Source: an uncultured Candidatus Saccharibacteria bacterium | GTDB lineage: Bacteria; Patescibacteriota; Saccharimonadia; Saccharimonadales; Saccharimonadaceae | Reading direction: 5' to 3' | DNA: 64,000 nt | Assembly (NCBI GenBank): GCA_963525915.1 | Contig: CAURKX010000003.1 | Coordinates: 29,427-93,426 of the forward strand | Shown: in pieces, positions 59,406 through 64,000 of the stretch | Layout: the number at the start of each line of letters is the position of its first letter | Position numbering within the stretch: position 1 is the first letter of the stretch | Program-made: the position numbers and the translations under genes | The notes under the pieces: model-generated | What the model saw: the letters and a program-made list of their open reading frames with translations, nothing else | Database searches by the model: none | Told to the model about the DNA's origin: nothing

Positions 59406-61832
59406 CTAGCTAATCTGACGGTCGCTCGGGGCCTCACCTACTGCCGCGCGAATCTGCTCAGCAGTGATGATGGTTGTACTGCCTGGCGCAACCGTGCCCG
59501 CTAACAGCTGCTTGGCAACAGTATTTTCGACAGCGCGCTGCACAACGCGTCGCATAGGTCGCGCACCAAGGCGTGGATCGTATCCAGCATCAACGAGTAG
59601 CTGCTTGCCCTCGGGCTCGACGGCAACTTGAATTTTCTGAGGCTCAAGCGTACGGTTAACTCCCGCCAAAATCAAGTCGATGACTTGCAATAGTTCAGCT
59701 TTGCCTAGAGGACGGAACAACACAATTTCATCAAATCGGTTCAAGAACTCGGGACGGAACAAATTGGCATTGATCAGTTCATTGATGAAAGTTTGTTCAA
59801 ATTGCTCCAGCTGATAGCCACGCTCAATGTATTCACGGATGCGGTCAGCACCAGCATTTGACGTCGCAATGACGATACAGTCGCGAAAACTAACTTCCCG
59901 GTTCTTCTCATCACGCAGAATACCTTCATCCAGCAGCTGCAGCAACGTCGTCAGTACTTGCGGATGCGCCTTTTCTATCTCATCAAGCAACACTACTGAA
60001 AACGGCGCTTTTTGTACCTGAGCTGTTAAGCTCAGCGGATCATTTGCGCCGTCAGCGATCAAACGAGCAACGTCTTCAGCGCGAACAAATTCGTTTAGGT
60101 CCAGTCGCACCAAATTACCCTCGCCACCAAAATACACTTCCGCCAAAGCCTTTGATAATTCAGTTTTACCAACACCAGTTGGTCCCAAAAACAGGAAAGT
60201 ACCGATGGGGCGGTCGAGGTTTCTCACGCCAGCTCGCGCTCGACGGATGGCATCGGATACTACTGACACGGCACGTGATTGGTTGATCATGCGCTGGTGA
60301 ATCAATGATTCAAGGTTTAACAATTTTTCACGTTCATCACCACCAGAAGCCGCAGCGATCTTGATGCCCATGGTTTTTTCCGCCGCATCATCAACTGACT
60401 GAGCAGTGATGAGACCACCCTTGGAGATGCTGGCGGTTGATTCCAATACTTTCAGCGCTCGCCCTGGCATAGCCAAATCTTGGACGTAGCGATCACCAAC
60501 TCGATACGCTTCATTGAGTGCCTGCAACATGTACGTCACGCTAAATTGATGTTCAAAGGAAATCAATTGGTCGCGCATAATTTTCATGGTTTCAACACGA
60601 TCCGTCGGCTGGACTGCTAGCGTATTTAACGCATGAGCCAGCTGGGTGTTACGTTGAGAAATTTGCAAAAATCGCTGCTGATCCAGAGACAAAATGATAC
60701 GCAGGCGACCAGCTTCCAAAACGGGCAATAGCAAATTGCTCATATCCACCGAACCAACGCCCTCTTCAAAAAACAGCTGAGCATTCTCCAAGCACAAAAT
60801 AACATTTTTTGAGGCAAACGCTTCATTGAGCAGCCTCGTTACTAACTGCTCCAATTCACCACGACCGCCTGCCACAGAAATCAACGCCGACGCGTCAAGC
60901 AAGAACACTTGCTGATACAGCAAATTAGACGGCACTTCCTTGTGCCCATCGATCAGCATTTCTGCAAACGCCGCAATGAGCGTACTCTTACCGACGCCAT
61001 CTGGACCAACCAAGGCAACATTTTGGCGACCGCCCGTATTGAAAATTTGTAGCATCTGATCTAGCACATCAGTATGTGCGTCCAAACGCGTCATGATCGT
61101 ACCGCCCGACACTTGCTGGCTCAGGTTTTGAGCAAATCGGCTCAGCAGCGGCGTGTAACCAAACGACCAATCCCGCGCTATACCGCCAGTGCGCAGCGGC
61201 TTTTCTTTAAAATCTTCAACCAGTGCCTTTAGCCGCTCATACCAGCGAATTCCCTCCAGCACATCCTGAAAGTCCAGCTTCAAACTAGCCAAAATAGCGT
61301 CGTGGCTCGGGAAGACTTTAACGATGGCTGCCGCTACGACTGCGCCCGTCACCTTGGGACTATTGGTTTCCTGCCAGATGTCAATCGCCGCTTGCCAGAT
61401 GGCGTCGGTCATCCGTGGATCATCGGACGCAATGTTACTCAGGAAGTTCGGCGTCAGCCCAAGGCGCACCGCCAAAAATTGACCAGCCCGAGTTTTTGAG
61501 ATAGCCATCACTAATTCTTGTGGCGTTGGGTTTTTGCTCAATTGGCCCAACAAATCTGCAGCCATGACATCATCAAGTGTTGTCGGATGCTTGCTCACTT
61601 CAGCGGTTTTGAGATCACCCTGCCACCAAATCGTCAGCATCACAAATGGACCGCTCATACCCACCAACAACCAACCGATTGGCCCGTGATGAATCACTGA
61701 CCAGCAGCCCAACAAGATCATCGCTAGACTACACAGACCCAGTAGTAAATGCCAAACATCACCAAAACGAACCGAAAATCGCGCCTTTTGCGACCGCTGG
61801 CTATCATAGCGAATTATCGGCTCGATATTCAT
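59406..61832 (-). CDS. Membrane-anchored ClpA/ClpB-family AAA+ ATPase (start likely 61832)
   Basis: Two N-terminal TMs; D1 GPDGVGKS; D2 FLFLGPTGVGKTEL, LLDEIEKAHP, FRPEFLNRFD, GARPMRR. Confidence 0.88.
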   Translation of the reverse strand: MNIEPIIRYDSQRSQKARFSVRFGDVWHLLLGLCSLAMILLGCWSVIHHGPIGWLLVGMSGPFVMLTIWWQGDLKTAEVSKHPTTLDDVMAADLLGQLSKNPTPQELVMAISKTRAGQFLAVRLGLTPNFLSNIASDDPRMTDAIWQAAIDIWQETNSPKVTGAVVAAAIVKVFPSHDAILASLKLDFQDVLEGIRWYERLKALVEDFKEKPLRTGGIARDWSFGYTPLLSRFAQNLSQQVSGGTIMTRLDAHTDVLDQMLQIFNTGGRQNVALVGPDGVGKSTLIAAFAEMLIDGHKEVPSNLLYQQVFLLDASALISVAGGRGELEQLVTRLLNEAFASKNVILCLENAQLFFEEGVGSVDMSNLLLPVLEAGRLRIILSLDQQRFLQISQRNTQLAHALNTLAVQPTDRVETMKIMRDQLISFEHQFSVTYMLQALNEAYRVGDRYVQDLAMPGRALKVLESTASISKGGLITAQSVDDAAEKTMGIKIAAASGGDEREKLLNLESLIHQRMINQSRAVSVVSDAIRRARAGVRNLDRPIGTFLFLGPTGVGKTELSKALAEVYFGGEGNLVRLDLNEFVRAEDVARLIADGANDPLSLTAQVQKAPFSVVLLDEIEKAHPQVLTTLLQLLDEGILRDEKNREVSFRDCIVIATSNAGADRIREYIERGYQLEQFEQTFINELINANLFRPEFLNRFDEIVLFRPLGKAELLQVIDLILAGVNRTLEPQKIQVAVEPEGKQLLVDAGYDPRLGARPMRRVVQRAVENTVAKQLLAGTVAPGSTTIITAEQIRAAVGEAPSDRQIS

Positions 61833-62203
61833 GACGCTACTCCCATCTGCCAAAAGATGATGCCTATCAGTGGCGCCAGTGGTAGCAGCAGCCAAGCCGC
61901 AATGATCAGCACGCTCCACAACATTCTAACCAGAAGGCAAATAAGCCCAACTGCAATCAAGATTGTCCGTAGGAATGCGCCAAACACTCTGGAAAATGAT
62001 CTGTCGAGGAACGCTCGAAATTGTTCTGGCAATCCACCTTGGACCACACCAGCAGATATTTGCCGAAATGGATTGAATAAGGTTTTGAGCAATAAGCCAA
62101 TTGAGAAAAAATCAGCTGTTTTTAATAGACCAACATAGACTTGCCTGACGTGCTTATATAGTCCAGTTCCATACCACCACTGAAAGATTCCCACCAAAAA
62201 CAT
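61829..62203 (-). CDS. Hypothetical membrane protein, translationally coupled to the Clp ATPase
   Basis: WWY...FFSIGLLLKTLFNPFR...SRVFGAFLR + TMs; ATGA overlap. Confidence 0.75.
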   Translation of the reverse strand: MFLVGIFQWWYGTGLYKHVRQVYVGLLKTADFFSIGLLLKTLFNPFRQISAGVVQGGLPEQFRAFLDRSFSRVFGAFLRTILIAVGLICLLVRMLWSVLIIAAWLLLPLAPLIGIIFWQMGVAS

Positions 62204-62251
62204 ATTATCAGTATATCACGACTCGAGCGGTTGGTGCTATAATATCTCTAT

Positions 62252-63514
62252 ATGATTCGACACATAGTGACAACCGCCATCGGTAAAGCTGTCCGTGGCG
62301 GCATGAGATTACGCGGCGGTGGCTCGGCCCTGCCAGGCCTGGTGGTAGAAAAAATTGACTCAGGCTTCATCCCTCGCGCCCTGCAAGATTTACCTTACGG
62401 TGTCGTTGTAGTGTCAGGAACCAACGGCAAAACTACGACAACAAAAATCGTCGTCGAGCTACTGGAAGCGACAGGCCTGAAAGTCTTCACTAACCGCACT
62501 GGTAGTAATTTCTCTCGTGGTGTGGCGGCAGCACTGTTGGGCGAGGTCAACCAGCGAGGCAAATTGGACGCTGACATCGCAGTCCTGGAACTAGACGAAG
62601 CCTGGGCTGTTAAATTTGTACAACAGGTGCAGCCAAAATATTCGCTACTGCTCAACGTCATGCGTGACCAGCTAGACCGATTTGGTGAAATAGACACTGC
62701 AGCCGGTTTTTTGGAAAAAATTGCAGCCGCTACTACTGACCGCGTGGTCTTAAACCGTGACGATCCACGGGTCTTTCGCATCCATGAAAAAACCTCAGCG
62801 GCAGCAACGTATTTTGGTTTGACGACTGACCTGTTGCGACTGATGCCGACCGATGATTCCCTGAAGACTGGTGATGCTGTAGCTAATGAATCGGTACCTG
62901 CAGAAGTGGTACTCACAGCTGTAGCGGAACAAGGCGCTGAGTTCTTGATAGATGGCACACGTCACAGAACTGAGGTCGCGCTTAGTGGCGTATATAACCT
63001 GTTGAATGCGGCGGCGGCCTTGGCGCTCGTTCGAGCCATCGTGCCAGAAGCACCAATTCCTGTCTTACTGGAGGCACTATCAAAAGTCAAACCAGCGTTC
63101 GGTCGCGGCGAGACCATCACCTATAACGGTACGTCCATTGATTTACTATTAGTGAAAAATCCCAGCGGCTTTCGACTCAGCCTCCTGTCATTTAGCAAGC
63201 GACAACGCCAGACTATGATCGCCATCAATGATAACTATGCTGACGGTCGCGACATGAGTTGGCTGTGGGATGTTGATTTTTCTGTACTGGAAGATGTCAG
63301 CGTCGTTAGCGGTGTTCGAGCCTATGACATGGCACTGCGGCTAAGCTATGACGAAGTGGTCGTTGGTACTGTCGAACAGGATTTGGCAAAAGCGCTGGAT
63401 GAATTTTTAGCACACGAGCCGACGGAGCCAAAACAAATTTTCTGTAGCTATACTGCCATGACCACCCTACGGCGATTGCTCAGCGAAAAAACAGATGTGG
63501 AGGATATTTCATGA
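62252..63514 (+). CDS. murT: Lipid II isoglutaminyl synthase subunit MurT (Mur ligase + DUF1727)
   Basis: GGSALPG, SGTNGKTTT, ELDEA, RDQLDRFGEI, LVKNPSG, NDNYADGRDMSWLWDVDF. Confidence 0.9.
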   Translation: MIRHIVTTAIGKAVRGGMRLRGGGSALPGLVVEKIDSGFIPRALQDLPYGVVVVSGTNGKTTTTKIVVELLEATGLKVFTNRTGSNFSRGVAAALLGEVNQRGKLDADIAVLELDEAWAVKFVQQVQPKYSLLLNVMRDQLDRFGEIDTAAGFLEKIAAATTDRVVLNRDDPRVFRIHEKTSAAATYFGLTTDLLRLMPTDDSLKTGDAVANESVPAEVVLTAVAEQGAEFLIDGTRHRTEVALSGVYNLLNAAAALALVRAIVPEAPIPVLLEALSKVKPAFGRGETITYNGTSIDLLLVKNPSGFRLSLLSFSKRQRQTMIAINDNYADGRDMSWLWDVDFSVLEDVSVVSGVRAYDMALRLSYDEVVVGTVEQDLAKALDEFLAHEPTEPKQIFCSYTAMTTLRRLLSEKTDVEDIS

Positions 63515-64000
63515 CAACGATCACCATCATCCAATTATACCCTAAGGACATGAATCTCTACGGCGACTGGGGCAATACCTTGGTGCTCAAAAAAAGGCTA
63601 GAGTGGCGAGGCTTTCGTGTCGAAATCATCGACCACAACCCAGGAGACACAACTGACTTTTCAACTGGAGATATCTTTGTCGGCGGCGGCGGACAAGACG
63701 CTGGGCAGCTGGCAATTCAAGACGACTTGTTGTCACGCGGTGAGGAATTGAAAACTCTGGCGAATGACGGCGTTCCCATGCTGCTCATCTGTGGTATGTA
63801 TCAGTTGTTTGGGCGACAATTTGTCACCAATGACGGCGCTGTCATCCGCGGCATTGGCGTACTGCCCGTGGAAACGACTGCCGGAGAGGAACGACTCATC
63901 GGCAATATCACCCTGGAGAGCGAACAGTTTGGCACAATCGTTGGCTATGAAAATCACAGCGGCCAGACGTTCCTGGACGACACAGTTCAGCCACTAGGCA
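63511..64000 (+). CDS. gatD: GatD/CobQ-like glutamine amidotransferase, cut by the window end (absent from the ORF track)
   Basis: MTTITIIQLYPKDMNLYGDWGN...GGGGQD...LICGMYQLFG...GYENHSG; ATGA overlap with murT. Confidence 0.9.
   Translation, partial: MTTITIIQLYPKDMNLYGDWGNTLVLKKRLEWRGFRVEIIDHNPGDTTDFSTGDIFVGGGGQDAGQLAIQDDLLSRGEELKTLANDGVPMLLICGMYQLFGRQFVTNDGAVIRGIGVLPVETTAGEERLIGNITLESEQFGTIVGYENHSGQTFLDDTVQPLG

Overview
Bacterial chromosome segment (genetic code 11). Gene content points to Saccharibacteria (TM7/CPR), by inference: short AlaRS/MetRS, FtsA-like plus baseplate-J-like pair, membrane-anchored ClpA/B, HTH-MurA fusion, several type IV pilins, MurT/GatD and tRNA-Arg(UCG). Most of the window is housekeeping: uvrC, uvrA, sbcB, obgE, mltG, ruvX, alaS, rpsP, mnmA, iscS, tatD, metG, rsmA, pcrA, tpiA-pgk-pyk, folD, glyA, murA, murB and seven tRNAs. 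Accessory parts: (i) a decaying cluster at 1.6-2.6 kb (flavodoxin/HD-domain pseudogenes); (ii) a 1539-aa beta-helix/LRR surface protein with a perfect 240-bp internal duplication; (iii) an AT-rich island 3' of tRNA-Glu (43.9-47.3 kb). The island holds three diverged paralogous membrane-anchored genes plus a fourth membrane gene, and each is followed by a short collapsed remnant; three remnants look related and one has a lipase-like start. This resembles an orphan immunity-cassette array and is the best candidate for an undescribed system. Other signals: a -10 hexamer 6-9 nt before many start codons (leaderless mRNAs), a LysM-CHAP gene that appears to need an AUU start behind a ~200-nt structured leader, a candidate leader peptide before an ABC exporter, and a degenerate phytoene/squalene-synthase-like protein. 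All calls come from reading motifs by eye; no database searches were run.
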